From: Lutibacter sp.
Lineage (GTDB): Bacteria; Bacteroidota; Bacteroidia; Flavobacteriales; Flavobacteriaceae
Assembly (NCBI GenBank): GCA_018054895.1
Contig: JAGPIQ010000003.1
Location: forward strand, 662-64,661
Direction of reading: 5' to 3'
DNA length: 64,000 nucleotides
Under the pieces are notes generated by a model that saw nothing but the letters and a program-made list of their open reading frames with translations, had not been told where the DNA came from and searched no databases. This document shows, in pieces, positions 50,184-61,166 of the stretch. The number at the start of each line of letters is the position of its first letter. Positions within the stretch are counted from its first letter, which is position 1. The translations under genes and the position numbers were made by a program.

Positions 50184-53100
50184 TTAAATTTTTTCAATTA
50201 ATATTTTTGTGTTCACATCATCAAAAGCAATTTCTATGCCTTCTTCTAAAACTTCTTTAAAAACTAATTCCTCAGTTAATGTTTCCGTTTTAATATAGTG
50301 CTCATTTGCCATTATTGAGCCCTCTAATATATCATTTTTTTGGATTACCAACCTAATTCTATCGTTTACTTCTAAACCACTTTCTTTACGTACGTTTTGA
50401 ACACGATTAATTAGCTCTCTGGCATTCCCTTCTTTTCTTAATTCATCAGTAATTGTAACATCTAAAGCAACGGTTAAACTTCCTTGATTTGCTACCAACC
50501 AACCTTCAATATCTTGTGAAGTAATTTCAACTTCCTCTAATGTTAAATTTACATTATTTTCATTGACTACAATAGAAATTTCTCCTTGTTTTTCAATAGT
50601 TGCAATGTCTTCTGATGTAAATTTTTCAATAGCCTGACCCACAAACCTCATATCTTTACCATACTTTGGGCCAAGTACTTTAAAATTAGGTTTTATGGTT
50701 TTTACTAATATTCCAGAAGCATCGTCAATTAACTCAATTTCCTTCACATTTACTTCCGATTTTATCAAGTTTTCCACCGCTAAAATCTCTTCTCTTTCCG
50801 CATTATCCAATACAGGAATCATAATTCTTTGTAATGGTTGACGCACTTTTATCATTTCCTTTTTACGCAATGAAAGCACCATTGAAGATATTTTTTGAGC
50901 CTTTTGCATTTTGTGCTCTAACTTTCTATCTACCAAGCTTTCATTATATGTTGGAAACGATGCCAAATGTACCGATTCAAAAGTTTCTTTTCCTGTTACA
51001 CTTGTTAAATCTTTGTAAAGATTATCCATAAAAAATGGTGCAATTGGAGCCGCTAATTTTGAAATGGTTAACAAACACGTGTACAATGTTTGGTACGCTG
51101 AAATTTTATCAGTTTGGTAATCACCTTTCCAAAAACGTCTTCTGCTTAAACGCACAAACCAGTTACTTAAATTTTCACCTACATATTCCTGAATAGCACG
51201 TGCCGCTTTTGTTGGCTCGTAATCTTCATAATAACTCTCTACGTTTTTAACCAAGGTATTTAATTCCGACAATACCCAACGGTCAATTTCTGGACGTTCT
51301 TCAATAGCTATTTCTGCTTCTGAATAGTTGAAATTATCTAAATTAGCATACAATGAAAAGAATGAATACGTATTGTATAACGTTCCGAAGAATTTACGAC
51401 GAACCTCATCAATTCCTTCCGCATCAAACTTTAAGTTATCCCAAGGATTTGCATTTGAAATCATATACCAACGTGTAGCATCCGCTCCGTAAGTACTCAT
51501 TGTCTCAAAAGGGTCAACAGCATTTCCTAAACGCTTCGACATCTTTTTACCTTCCTTATCTAAAACCAAACCGTTTGAAACTACATTTTTATACGCAACA
51601 GAATCAAAAACCATAGTTCCAATAGCGTGCAATGTATAAAACCAACCACGTGTTTGGTCTACTCCTTCCGCAATAAAATCAGCTGGGAAGAATTTTTTAT
51701 CGTCAATTAATTCTTTGTTTTCAAAAGGGTAATGCCATTGTGCATACGGCATAGAACCTGAATCGAACCAAACATCAATTAAGTCTGCTTCACGTTTCAT
51801 TGGTTGTCCTTTTGCTGAAACCAACACCACTTTATCTACTACATTTTTATGAAGATCTATTTTGTCATAGTTTTCTTCAGTCATATTTCCAACTTCAAAC
51901 TCCGCAAAAATATCTTCCGTCATAAAACCAGCAGCTACTGATTTTTTCATTTCCGCTTTTAATTCTGCAACAGAACTAATCATTATTTCTTCAGTACCAT
52001 CTTCGGTTCTCCAAATTGGTAAAGGAATTCCCCAAAAACGGGAACGAGATAAGTTCCAATCGTTCGCATTTTTCAACCAATTTCCAAAACGACCTTCACC
52101 AGTTGATTTTGGTTTCCAGTTAATTGAATTGTTTAAATCAAACATTTGATCGCGTTTGTCTGTAACTTTTACAAACCACGAATCTAACGGATAATATAAA
52201 ATTGGCTTATCAGTTCTCCAACAATGTGGGTAACTGTGGCGGTATTTTTCTACGTGAAAAGCTTTATTTTCTTCTTTTAATTTGATAGAAATTTCAACAT
52301 CCATCGAGCGTTCTGGCTCCTCTCCTTCATTGTAATATTCATTTTTTACAAATTTACCAGCATATTCACCCATGTGACTGGTGAATCTTCCTTGTAAATC
52401 TACCAACGGAACAGGGTTTCCATTATCATCTAACACCAACATTGGTGGTACTTCTGGCACTGCTTGTTTTGCAACCATTGCATCATCTGCACCAAAAGTT
52501 GGAGCTGTATGCACAATTCCTGTTCCATCTTCCGTAGTTACAAAATCTCCTGCAATTACTCTAAATGCATTTTCAGGGTTTTTATATGGAAGTACGTATG
52601 GCAACAATTGCTCATACTTACTTTCTAAAATTTCTTCACCTTTAAATTCTTTTAAAACAATAAAAGGAATCTTTTTGTCACCTTCTTTGAAGTTAGCAAT
52701 TTCCTCCACTGTTTCAACAGCTTTAAATTTTCCTGTGAATTGTTTTCCAACTAAATTCTTCGCTAAAATTACGTTGATAGGTAAAAAAGTATATTGGTTA
52801 TAGGATTGTACCAATACATAGTCTATTTTCTTCCCAACAGTTAACGCTGTGTTTGAAGGCAATGTCCAAGGTGTTGTTGTCCAAGCCAAAAAGTGAATAT
52901 CACCAACTATTTCTTGTAAAATAGCAGGCAATGTGTTTTTTATAGCTTTAAACTGAGCAACAGCCGTAGTATCCGTAACGTCTTGATACGTACCTGGTTG
53001 GTTTAATTCGTGAGAACTTAACCCTGTACCCGCTTTTGGAGAATATGGCTGAATGGTATATCCTTTGTAAATCAATCCTTTTTTATACAATTGACCTAAT

Positions 53101-53591
53101 AACCACCAAACCGATTCCATATATTTTGGTTTGTAAGTAACATACGGATCTTCCATATCTACCCAATAACCTACTTTTCTGGTTAAATCGTTCCAAACAT
53201 CGGTATAACGCATCACCGCTTTTTTACAAGCTTCGTTATACTCTTCCACCGTTATTTTTTTACCAATATCTTCTTTGGTAATTCCTAATTCTTTTTCAAC
53301 ACCTAATTCAATTGGCAATCCGTGAGTGTCCCAACCTGCTTTACGTTTTACCTGAAAACCTTGCAACGTTTTATAACGACAAAAAATATCCTTAATAGCT
53401 CGCGCCATTACGTGGTGAATACCTGGCAACCCATTTGCTGAAGGTGGTCCTTCAAAAAATACAAACGGTTTATTTTCACTTCTAGTCGTTATACTTTTTT
53501 CGAAAATATTTTCTTTTTCCCAAAATTCTAAGGTATCATCTGCTACTTTAGTGAGGTTCAAACCCTTATATTCTCTAAACTTTTTACTCAT
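50184..53591 (-). CDS. ileS: Isoleucine--tRNA ligase, type 2
   Basis: EGPPSANG.PGIHH, GWDTHGLP, WTTTPWT, SRSRFWG, EGVDQTRGWF, KMSKR. Confidence 0.99.
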   Translation of the reverse strand: MSKKFREYKGLNLTKVADDTLEFWEKENIFEKSITTRSENKPFVFFEGPPSANGLPGIHHVMARAIKDIFCRYKTLQGFQVKRKAGWDTHGLPIELGVEKELGITKEDIGKKITVEEYNEACKKAVMRYTDVWNDLTRKVGYWVDMEDPYVTYKPKYMESVWWLLGQLYKKGLIYKGYTIQPYSPKAGTGLSSHELNQPGTYQDVTDTTAVAQFKAIKNTLPAILQEIVGDIHFLAWTTTPWTLPSNTALTVGKKIDYVLVQSYNQYTFLPINVILAKNLVGKQFTGKFKAVETVEEIANFKEGDKKIPFIVLKEFKGEEILESKYEQLLPYVLPYKNPENAFRVIAGDFVTTEDGTGIVHTAPTFGADDAMVAKQAVPEVPPMLVLDDNGNPVPLVDLQGRFTSHMGEYAGKFVKNEYYNEGEEPERSMDVEISIKLKEENKAFHVEKYRHSYPHCWRTDKPILYYPLDSWFVKVTDKRDQMFDLNNSINWKPKSTGEGRFGNWLKNANDWNLSRSRFWGIPLPIWRTEDGTEEIMISSVAELKAEMKKSVAAGFMTEDIFAEFEVGNMTEENYDKIDLHKNVVDKVVLVSAKGQPMKREADLIDVWFDSGSMPYAQWHYPFENKELIDDKKFFPADFIAEGVDQTRGWFYTLHAIGTMVFDSVAYKNVVSNGLVLDKEGKKMSKRLGNAVDPFETMSTYGADATRWYMISNANPWDNLKFDAEGIDEVRRKFFGTLYNTYSFFSLYANLDNFNYSEAEIAIEERPEIDRWVLSELNTLVKNVESYYEDYEPTKAARAIQEYVGENLSNWFVRLSRRRFWKGDYQTDKISAYQTLYTCLLTISKLAAPIAPFFMDNLYKDLTSVTGKETFESVHLASFPTYNESLVDRKLEHKMQKAQKISSMVLSLRKKEMIKVRQPLQRIMIPVLDNAEREEILAVENLIKSEVNVKEIELIDDASGILVKTIKPNFKVLGPKYGKDMRFVGQAIEKFTSEDIATIEKQGEISIVVNENNVNLTLEEVEITSQDIEGWLVANQGSLTVALDVTITDELRKEGNARELINRVQNVRKESGLEVNDRIRLVIQKNDILEGSIMANEHYIKTETLTEELVFKEVLEEGIEIAFDDVNTKILIEKI

Positions 53592-53776
53592 TTTTTACCT
53601 TTAATTCAATTAGTTTGCGAAATTACGTTTTTTCTGCAAAATATCATTGCTATAAATTGCAAAAATTTACAAACGTAGATAGTGGATTTTTATAGCGTAA
53701 TTTAGCTGTTTCTTAAAACAAAAAATAAGGTTCTGTTTGCTAAAAAAACAAAGGAAATATTTTTAAACTCAATATA

Positions 53777-54604
53777 TTAATTAAACATTTTTGAGTAATG
53801 CTTTTTTAAGGCTGAAATAGTTTTTGAAGTCACGTTAAAATCATGTCCATACTTATTTAAAAAATCAATCAAAAAAGGTTGCTTTAAGTTCGCTTTGCTC
53901 AGTAAATTTTCATCTTCAAAAACAGTATCTGGAGTTCCACTTAACAATATTTTTCCTTGGTGCAATATAATTATGTAATCTGCCCATTTATACGCTAAAT
54001 CCACATCGTGAGTCGAAATTAGTATTGTTTTTCCTTTTGAATTTAATTCATTTAAATACTTAAAAATTAGTGAAGTATAAAAAGGATCTAAATTTGAAGT
54101 TGGCTCATCGCAAACCAGTACTTCTGGTTCCATTGCCAAAATTGCTGCTAAACAAATGCGCTTTTTTTGACCAGTACTTAATTGATGTGGTGCTTTCGAA
54201 CTAATTTCATTTAAATTAAAATCGTTTAAAGCCTTTTCTACTTTTTCCCTTACAATTTTTTCATCTTTAAATTTATTCAACAATCCAAAAGAAATTTCTT
54301 CATAAACCGTTGGTGCAATTAGCTGATAATCTGGTTCAGGAAATAACAATCCTATCTTGGAACGCAATGCTCGAAATCCTTTTTTAGTATATTCATAAGG
54401 AATACTGTTATATGACAAATGTCCTTCTGAAGGTTTTAAAATCCCATTCAGCAATAACATTAAGGTTGACTTCCCTGCTCCGTTTCCACCTAATAATGCT
54501 ATTTTTTTTCCAAGTGGAATTTCCAAATCAATAGCGTTTATAGCACTATCTCCATTTGGATACGTAAAACTAATTTTATGAAGTTTAATACTATTTTCTA
54601 TCAT
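53777..54604 (-). CDS. cbiO: Cobalt ECF transporter ATPase
   Basis: GGNGAGKST, LSTGQKKR, DEPT, STHD; in cbiMNQ operon. Confidence 0.92.
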   Translation of the reverse strand: MIENSIKLHKISFTYPNGDSAINAIDLEIPLGKKIALLGGNGAGKSTLMLLLNGILKPSEGHLSYNSIPYEYTKKGFRALRSKIGLLFPEPDYQLIAPTVYEEISFGLLNKFKDEKIVREKVEKALNDFNLNEISSKAPHQLSTGQKKRICLAAILAMEPEVLVCDEPTSNLDPFYTSLIFKYLNELNSKGKTILISTHDVDLAYKWADYIIILHQGKILLSGTPDTVFEDENLLSKANLKQPFLIDFLNKYGHDFNVTSKTISALKKHYSKMFN

Positions 54605-55353
54605 TGAATACACATTATAAAAGCAATTACTATTACTATATTTAAGGTTAAAGGCATTAGGAGCTCATTCATTTTAAAATTTTGTAGCGGCTTCACAAAT
54701 ACATAACTATTGTTTCCTAACCTCGCATCCATAGCGAGTTCTAATTGTTCCGTTTGCTGCATTGATTTTTTAAAAACAGCACCAAATAAATAGGCAAATG
54801 AGTTTATGGAATTTTTACGGGTGGACGTATATCCCATTCTGCATTTTTGCGCTGTTAACATAGCTTTTGTGGTGTGCATCAACAAATGGATAAATTTATA
54901 TACCAATACAAATAATTCAACAAAAAGATTGGGAATTTTACAACGATACATCAATGCTGCAATTTCTGAAATGGTATTCGTTAACAACCAAAAATACACA
55001 ACACTTACAATGGCATAACTTCTAAAAAAAATGGCAATTGCTAATGGATATGTTTCTTTGTCTATGGAAATGAAATTTTTGAGATTTCCACTGAAATTAA
55101 TGGATAAAAGCAATGTAAAGCACCCAATAAAAATAAAAGCTCCTGGCAGTAAAAATAATTTCAACAATTTTAAAATTGAAGGTTTTGAAACCACCATAAT
55201 AGCGGCAAAATAACCTATAAAAATGCTTGCGTGAAAAATGATTTCATTTGAAAAAATAGACAATACAAAAGCAGGAAAAACATAGAGACTTTTTAAAATC
55301 AATGATGTTTTTGCCAATTTATGATTGTAATTATATAAATCTTCAATTAACAT
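54601..55353 (-). CDS. cbiQ: Cobalt ECF transporter T component
   Basis: Hydrophobic; AQKCR.G and AMDAR conserved Arg motifs. Confidence 0.88.
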   Translation of the reverse strand: MLIEDLYNYNHKLAKTSLILKSLYVFPAFVLSIFSNEIIFHASIFIGYFAAIMVVSKPSILKLLKLFLLPGAFIFIGCFTLLLSINFSGNLKNFISIDKETYPLAIAIFFRSYAIVSVVYFWLLTNTISEIAALMYRCKIPNLFVELFVLVYKFIHLLMHTTKAMLTAQKCRMGYTSTRKNSINSFAYLFGAVFKKSMQQTEQLELAMDARLGNNSYVFVKPLQNFKMNELLMPLTLNIVIVIAFIMCIQ

Positions 55354-55640
55354 TTATCTTCTTTTAATTTTGATCGTTTTTTTAAAAAATAAAACACAAT
55401 AATACTTACCCCTAATGTTGTTTGAAAAGCAAATAATAGTGTTTCTCCCCACTCTCCTGATGGTTCCCAAATGCTACTTGCCCAAGGTTTATAATCTGGA
55501 TCTAATTCATTAATTATTCCAACTGCCTGATCATCTGTACCTGCAAATTTTGACACAATATCTGCTATAAAAAACTGATATGAAATTAAAACGACTGCTA
55601 TTGCAATAATTATGATATTAATTATTTTTCTGTTTTTCAT
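55347..55640 (-). CDS. cbiN: Cobalt transport protein CbiN
   Basis: F.GTDDQA...PDYKPW...WEP.GE..ETLLFA.Q. Confidence 0.92.
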   Translation of the reverse strand: MKNRKIINIIIIAIAVVLISYQFFIADIVSKFAGTDDQAVGIINELDPDYKPWASSIWEPSGEWGETLLFAFQTTLGVSIIVFYFLKKRSKLKEDKC

Positions 55641-56356
55641 TTTAATGAAGGATTAATTATTGCTAATTCTGTTTTGCTATAATCTAATAATAGCCTAAAA
55701 ACAAAGGCTGTAAAAACACCTTCTATAAGTGCTAATGGAACTTGCGTTACAGCAAAAACACTCATAAATTTAATAGCATTATCTAAAAAACTATGGGTTT
55801 CAGATTGAAAAGCTAAAGCCAATTGAACAGAAGTAGCAACATAAATGAGCACATCCGAAACAAATGCTGCTAAAAAAACACTCGCCCATTGCGACATTTT
55901 TAATTTCACAGCTAATTTATATACCCAAACGGCACTAAATGCACCCACCACAGCCATTGAAAAAGCATTGGCACCCAATGTTGTAATACCTCCGTGCGCC
56001 AATAATAACGCTTGAAATAACAATACAATTAAACCTGCAACAGACATTGTTGAAGCTCCAAATAAAATAGCTCCTAAAGCAATACCTGTTAAATGTGAAC
56101 TACTACCGGCTACTGATGGAATTTTAAATGAAGACAACACAAATACAAATGCGGCAACAACAGCAAATAATAGTTTTGCTTTTGGGACTTCTTCTAACTG
56201 TTTTTTTAGGTTTCGAAAACCCGTTATTAAAAAAGGTAAAAATACAAGTACCCAAAATGCAGCCCATTCTTTAGGTAAAAATCCTTCAGCAATATGCATA
56301 CTAAAAGCTTTAAATGAAAGCAATACTAAGCATATAAAAACACCAATTTTTTTCAT
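55637..56356 (-). CDS. cbiM: Cobalt ECF transporter S component
   Basis: Signal peptide then MHIAEGFLP; GSSSH; LFQALLLAHGGITTLGAN. Confidence 0.96.
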   Translation of the reverse strand: MKKIGVFICLVLLSFKAFSMHIAEGFLPKEWAAFWVLVFLPFLITGFRNLKKQLEEVPKAKLLFAVVAAFVFVLSSFKIPSVAGSSSHLTGIALGAILFGASTMSVAGLIVLLFQALLLAHGGITTLGANAFSMAVVGAFSAVWVYKLAVKLKMSQWASVFLAAFVSDVLIYVATSVQLALAFQSETHSFLDNAIKFMSVFAVTQVPLALIEGVFTAFVFRLLLDYSKTELAIINPSLK

Positions 56357-56363
56357 ACTAATT

Positions 56364-59300
56364 TTATTCTAATTCGTTTTCTGCATTTAAAAATAGTTTT
56401 TGAAGTTTTTCAACTGTTTCTTCGGAAGGGTTTTCCCATAGTCCACGTTGAATGGCTTCCAACATACGTTCGGACATATCCTTTAAAGCCCATTTATTAT
56501 TTTTCTTAATAAATTCCTTATTCTCTTCATCAAATAAATAAGCTTCCGTAATTCCCTGGTACATAAAATCTTCAATAAGATTTGTTGTCGCGTCATACGC
56601 AAACAGATAATCCATTGTAGCCGCCATTTCAAAAGCACCTTTATACCCGTGATCTCGCATTCCGCTCATCCATTTTGGATTGACAACACGTGAGCGATAT
56701 ACTTTATGTAACTCTTCTTTTAATGTTTTAATCTTCGGATTATCAGGTCTTGAATGATCTCCAAAATAAGTTTCTGGATAGTCCCCTTTTACTTTTTTTA
56801 CTGCGGAAGTCATTCCTCCTTGAAACTGATAATAATCATCAGAATCTAACAAATCGTGTTCTCTATTATCCTGATTTTGAATCACAACTTCAATATTTTC
56901 CAATCGTTTTTCAAAAGATTCGTGAGCTGATTTCCCTTCATTTTTAGAACCGTAATAGGCAAAACCACTCCAGTTGATATACACTTGTGCTAAATCTTCT
57001 TGAGTTTCCCAATTTTTTCCATCAATCAATCCTTGCAAACCTGCTCCGTAAGCACCAGGTTTAGATCCAAAAACTCGGTATAATGACTTTTCTTCGGCTT
57101 GTTGCTCTGTTAATCCTTTAGCTATCCAATCTTTTTTTTCAGCAGTAAATCGTTTTTTTATTGGGTTCATAACATCCTCTTCATCCAATATTGCAATTTT
57201 TTCAATAGCTGCATTAAACAACGAAATAACATCTGGAAAAGCATCTCTAAAAAATCCTGAAATTCGTAATAAAACATCTACTCTCGGACGCTTTAATTCC
57301 AATAATGAAATAATTTCAAAATCACTCACTCGCCTATTTATTCCAGACCAAATAGGACGAACACCTAACAGCGCAAATGCTTGCGCAATATCATCGCCTC
57401 CAGTCCGCATTGTTGACGTTCCCCAAACCGAAATCCCTATAGAAGTAGGATATTCTCCTTGCTCCTGCATATACCTTTCAATAATGTTTTTGGCACTTTT
57501 CACACCTAATTCATAGGCAGATTGTGTAGGAATTGTTCGGGTATCTACCGAATAAAAGTTTTTACCTGTTGGCAAAATATCCAGTCGACCACGCGTTGGT
57601 GCACCTGAACCACCTGCTGGCACATAACCACCATTCAATCCATTTAATAAATTGGTAATTTCATCTCGAGTTCTTACAATTTTAGGAAGTGTACTCGTTT
57701 CAATTTCATTGATAACAGACAATGTTGCTTTTCCTAAAGCTTCTTTATTTAAGTCTCCGTGCAATAAATCATCTATATAATTTTTGGCAATCAGTTCTAA
57801 AGTTTCAACAGCTTGTCCATACGTTCTACATTGAACAGCAACTACAGTTTCTACAAAAGGTTGCTCATAGTCAACATTAATTGGGTCAAAATTTAAGTTT
57901 AAATCTGTTGCCAGTGCCTGAGTAATTCCTGGTAAATTATTTGTTGGTAACCGATGCAAAGCCACAAGTAAATCTGTTAACTTTTCATCTATTGGATGTT
58001 TTCCAAAAATATGCAAGCCACCGCGTATTTGTGCTTCTTTTAATTCACATAAATACCCATCAATTACTTCTAACAACTCTTCAATATCCTTTGAGTCATT
58101 GTTTAAATCCGATTTCAAATTGGTGGTATTTACCAAGACTTCAATCTTACTTTTTATTAAACTCGCTCTTTTAGGATCTAATAATGCGGCTTCATAAAAT
58201 TCATCAATTAACAATTCCAACTTCAACAAATCTCCGTAGTTTTCAGCACGTGTCATTGGTGGAATTAAATGATCGATTATAATGGCGTGTGTTCTTCTTT
58301 TAGCCTGAGTACCTTCTCCCGGATCGTTAATTATAAACGGATAAAAATGTGGAATTTCGCCCAAAATAGCTGCAGGAAAACAACTTTCTTCACTTAAAGC
58401 AACACTTTTACCGGGCAACCATTCTAAATTACCGTGTTTTCCCATATGAATAATGGCATCGGCTTTAAAATACTGGTGCAACCAAACATAATAGGCTAAA
58501 TAGGCAAACGTTGGTGGTAAATCTGGCGAATGATAGGTGGCTTGTAAATCAATATCGTAGCCTCTACTCGGCTGAATACTCACAAAAATATTTCCAAAAC
58601 ATACACCTGGAATTATGAAACTTTTATTTCTATAACTAGGAGATTCTGTTGGATTTCCCCATTGTTTTTCTACTTTTTTTCGAAGTGAAATAGACAATTG
58701 ATTGTAATATGCAAAAAAATCACTTTCAGAAATAGTTAAATTCACTTTTGCGGAATACAACGATTCTGGATCATTGGTAATATTATCTGTCAGTTTAGTA
58801 ATTAATTCATCAACCGTAGTGGGAATTTCAGTTCCTAAATCATAACCAACTTGGTGCAATTCGTGCAATAAATCTACCGTACTTTGCGGTGTATCTAAAC
58901 CAACTCCATTTGCCAATCGGCTATTTTTATTTGGATAATTGGGAACAACTAAAGCTATCTTTTTTTCTGAATTTTCTTTACTATTCAACAAAACCCAAGC
59001 TTTTGCTTGTTTTGAAATGCGAATACAACCTTCTTCAAAAGCGACATATTTTACCACTTCAGAATCTGTTAAACTATCTTTTTCTAACGCTTCTTTAAAA
59101 GAAATAACTGTTGAAATAATTTTCCCATCCACTTCTGGCAACGCAATATTCATTGCTACATCCGTTGGTGGCAATCCAAAACTGCCATCTTCCCAAGTTT
59201 GTTTGTTACAACTCGCCATTATTCCTTGAATTACAGGAACGTTAAAAGTATCGAACAAGTCTTCTTCATCAGTTTCATTAAACGACTGAATTGAAAACCC

Positions 59301-60110
59301 AGTGGTGTTAATAATTACTTTTGGATTGGATAATTGATGCTGATTTAATAATTCTAATATATTGTTTTTGATGTTCTTATCTCTATAAGACAACGCCATT
59401 ACAGTGATGGCTAATACTCCGTTATTTTCTAGTTTTTCAGTTAATTTTAAAATAGGATCTAAATTACCCGCTAAAAAATAACTTCTGTACCCAAAAATAA
59501 TAACCAACGGTTGATTGATTGGTTTAAAATTGGTGGTTAAAACGCCTTCTTTTGGGTGGAATAAAAATAACTCTGGTGTGTTTATTTTTTCTTTAATTTG
59601 AAAATCAACACCCAAGGTAGACTTCAATATTTTCTTTAAACCTTCTTCCGTATTTTCAGCTCCACCAGCCATTAGATACTTCCAAATACTATCAACTTCA
59701 CGTAACGGAAGTGTAGATAATTGCATTAATTCTAACTCTGGTTTATCATCTCCAGGCATAAAAATTAACTGAATGTTATTTTCTTCCGCATAATAGGAAA
59801 TAGCTTCACACAAGTACGGAAAATAAGCGGTACCACCCAATAATTTCAGCACCACCACTTTTGCTTTGGAAACAACTTCTTCAATATACGTATCAACAGT
59901 CAATTCTTGTTTAAAATAGGTCAAATTTGCCAAACGTAGACTCGGAAGTTCCTTATTTTCAGCATACAATTTTTTGTACACTTTATTTAAAATGTACAAA
60001 TCGGTATCCGCGGCAGACAAAAACAAGACATCGCCTGGTTTTTGTTGCACATAAAAAACGCCTTCATCATTAGGATTCCAACCTCCGGGAATGGTAGCTA
60101 TTAAATGCAA
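56364..60110 (-). CDS. cobN: Cobaltochelatase large subunit
   Basis: HMGKHGNLEWLPGK, NDPGEGTQAKRR, GLHIFG, LPTGKNFYSVD, SRVVNPKW. Confidence 0.96.
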   Translation of the reverse strand: MHLIATIPGGWNPNDEGVFYVQQKPGDVLFLSAADTDLYILNKVYKKLYAENKELPSLRLANLTYFKQELTVDTYIEEVVSKAKVVVLKLLGGTAYFPYLCEAISYYAEENNIQLIFMPGDDKPELELMQLSTLPLREVDSIWKYLMAGGAENTEEGLKKILKSTLGVDFQIKEKINTPELFLFHPKEGVLTTNFKPINQPLVIIFGYRSYFLAGNLDPILKLTEKLENNGVLAITVMALSYRDKNIKNNILELLNQHQLSNPKVIINTTGFSIQSFNETDEEDLFDTFNVPVIQGIMASCNKQTWEDGSFGLPPTDVAMNIALPEVDGKIISTVISFKEALEKDSLTDSEVVKYVAFEEGCIRISKQAKAWVLLNSKENSEKKIALVVPNYPNKNSRLANGVGLDTPQSTVDLLHELHQVGYDLGTEIPTTVDELITKLTDNITNDPESLYSAKVNLTISESDFFAYYNQLSISLRKKVEKQWGNPTESPSYRNKSFIIPGVCFGNIFVSIQPSRGYDIDLQATYHSPDLPPTFAYLAYYVWLHQYFKADAIIHMGKHGNLEWLPGKSVALSEESCFPAAILGEIPHFYPFIINDPGEGTQAKRRTHAIIIDHLIPPMTRAENYGDLLKLELLIDEFYEAALLDPKRASLIKSKIEVLVNTTNLKSDLNNDSKDIEELLEVIDGYLCELKEAQIRGGLHIFGKHPIDEKLTDLLVALHRLPTNNLPGITQALATDLNLNFDPINVDYEQPFVETVVAVQCRTYGQAVETLELIAKNYIDDLLHGDLNKEALGKATLSVINEIETSTLPKIVRTRDEITNLLNGLNGGYVPAGGSGAPTRGRLDILPTGKNFYSVDTRTIPTQSAYELGVKSAKNIIERYMQEQGEYPTSIGISVWGTSTMRTGGDDIAQAFALLGVRPIWSGINRRVSDFEIISLLELKRPRVDVLLRISGFFRDAFPDVISLFNAAIEKIAILDEEDVMNPIKKRFTAEKKDWIAKGLTEQQAEEKSLYRVFGSKPGAYGAGLQGLIDGKNWETQEDLAQVYINWSGFAYYGSKNEGKSAHESFEKRLENIEVVIQNQDNREHDLLDSDDYYQFQGGMTSAVKKVKGDYPETYFGDHSRPDNPKIKTLKEELHKVYRSRVVNPKWMSGMRDHGYKGAFEMAATMDYLFAYDATTNLIEDFMYQGITEAYLFDEENKEFIKKNNKWALKDMSERMLEAIQRGLWENPSEETVEKLQKLFLNAENELE

Positions 60111-60142
60111 TTGACTTCTATTTTAATTGTTTTTTATTAAAT

Positions 60143-61153
60143 CTACACTTCCGTTGCTACTAAATTTCGACCAATAACTACCAAGCTTGTTTTTCTGACT
60201 TCGCCATCTTTCCAAGCTCTGTCAAAATAATAATCAAAGCGCTCTCCTACTCCTTGCAACACCATACGCATTGGTTTATTAGGAATGTTTACAAAACCTT
60301 TTATTCTGTATATTTCTTCTTGTTGAACTCTGGTTTTTAGTGTTTCTACTAATGCTTTAATGTCTGGTGTTTCAGTATATTCCACTACAATTGTATTGAT
60401 ATCATCATCGTGACTATGGTCGTGATGATGTTCGTGGTGGTGTTCGTGAATGGAATGACGATTGTCCAAATCATCTTCGCTACTTGCTTCAATACCTAAC
60501 AACAATTCATTATCAATTACACCATTTTGAATCGGAATAATCTTTACATTGAGTCTTCCTTTATCTCTAATTAATTCTTTAACAACCTCTAATTTATCCG
60601 CTTCTAGTAAATCCGTTTTACTAACCAATACTAAATCTGCACACGATAATTGATCTAAAAACAACTCTTCAATAGGTGTTTCGTGATCTAAAGAATCATC
60701 CGCCAAACGTTGTTTTTTTACGCGTTCTCTATCGCATAATTCGCCTGTAACCATTCCAACAGCATCCACCACGGTAATTACAGAATCTATGGTAATATAT
60801 GGTTTTAAATCTGGCCAATTTACGGCTCTTATTAAAGGTTTTGGCATTGCCAAACCAGATGTTTCAATAACAATATGATCTATAGAATCTTTACGCTCAA
60901 TTAAATCTAACATAGCAGGTAAAAACTCTTCTTGAACCGTACAGCAAATACAACCATTAGCTAATTCAATTAAGTTACATTCATCGTCTCCACAACCGGA
61001 TTTTATAATATCTCCATCAATTCCAATTTCGCCAAATTCATTTACCAAAACAGCAATTTTTTTACCATTGGCATTTTTAATCATATTGTGTACTAACGTT
61101 GTTTTCCCTACGCCAAGAAAACCTGTGATTATAGTAATTGGTATTTTTTTCAT
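60143..61153 (-). CDS. cobW: COG0523 GTPase metallochaperone CobW
   Basis: TGFLGVGKTT, NEFGE, NGCICC, ETSGLA, His-rich loop; start reassigned to MKKIP. Confidence 0.93.
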   Translation of the reverse strand: MKKIPITIITGFLGVGKTTLVHNMIKNANGKKIAVLVNEFGEIGIDGDIIKSGCGDDECNLIELANGCICCTVQEEFLPAMLDLIERKDSIDHIVIETSGLAMPKPLIRAVNWPDLKPYITIDSVITVVDAVGMVTGELCDRERVKKQRLADDSLDHETPIEELFLDQLSCADLVLVSKTDLLEADKLEVVKELIRDKGRLNVKIIPIQNGVIDNELLLGIEASSEDDLDNRHSIHEHHHEHHHDHSHDDDINTIVVEYTETPDIKALVETLKTRVQQEEIYRIKGFVNIPNKPMRMVLQGVGERFDYYFDRAWKDGEVRKTSLVVIGRNLVATEV

Positions 61154-61166
61154 TTGTAGCTTTTTT

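Noticed and set aside
53592-53776. Cobalamin riboswitch or T-box between cbiO and ileS
   Set aside because: No B12-box or T-box consensus; a riboswitch would lie upstream of the cob cluster, outside the window
60405-60460. GTG/ATG trinucleotide-like repeats
   Set aside because: Encode the His-rich loop typical of CobW
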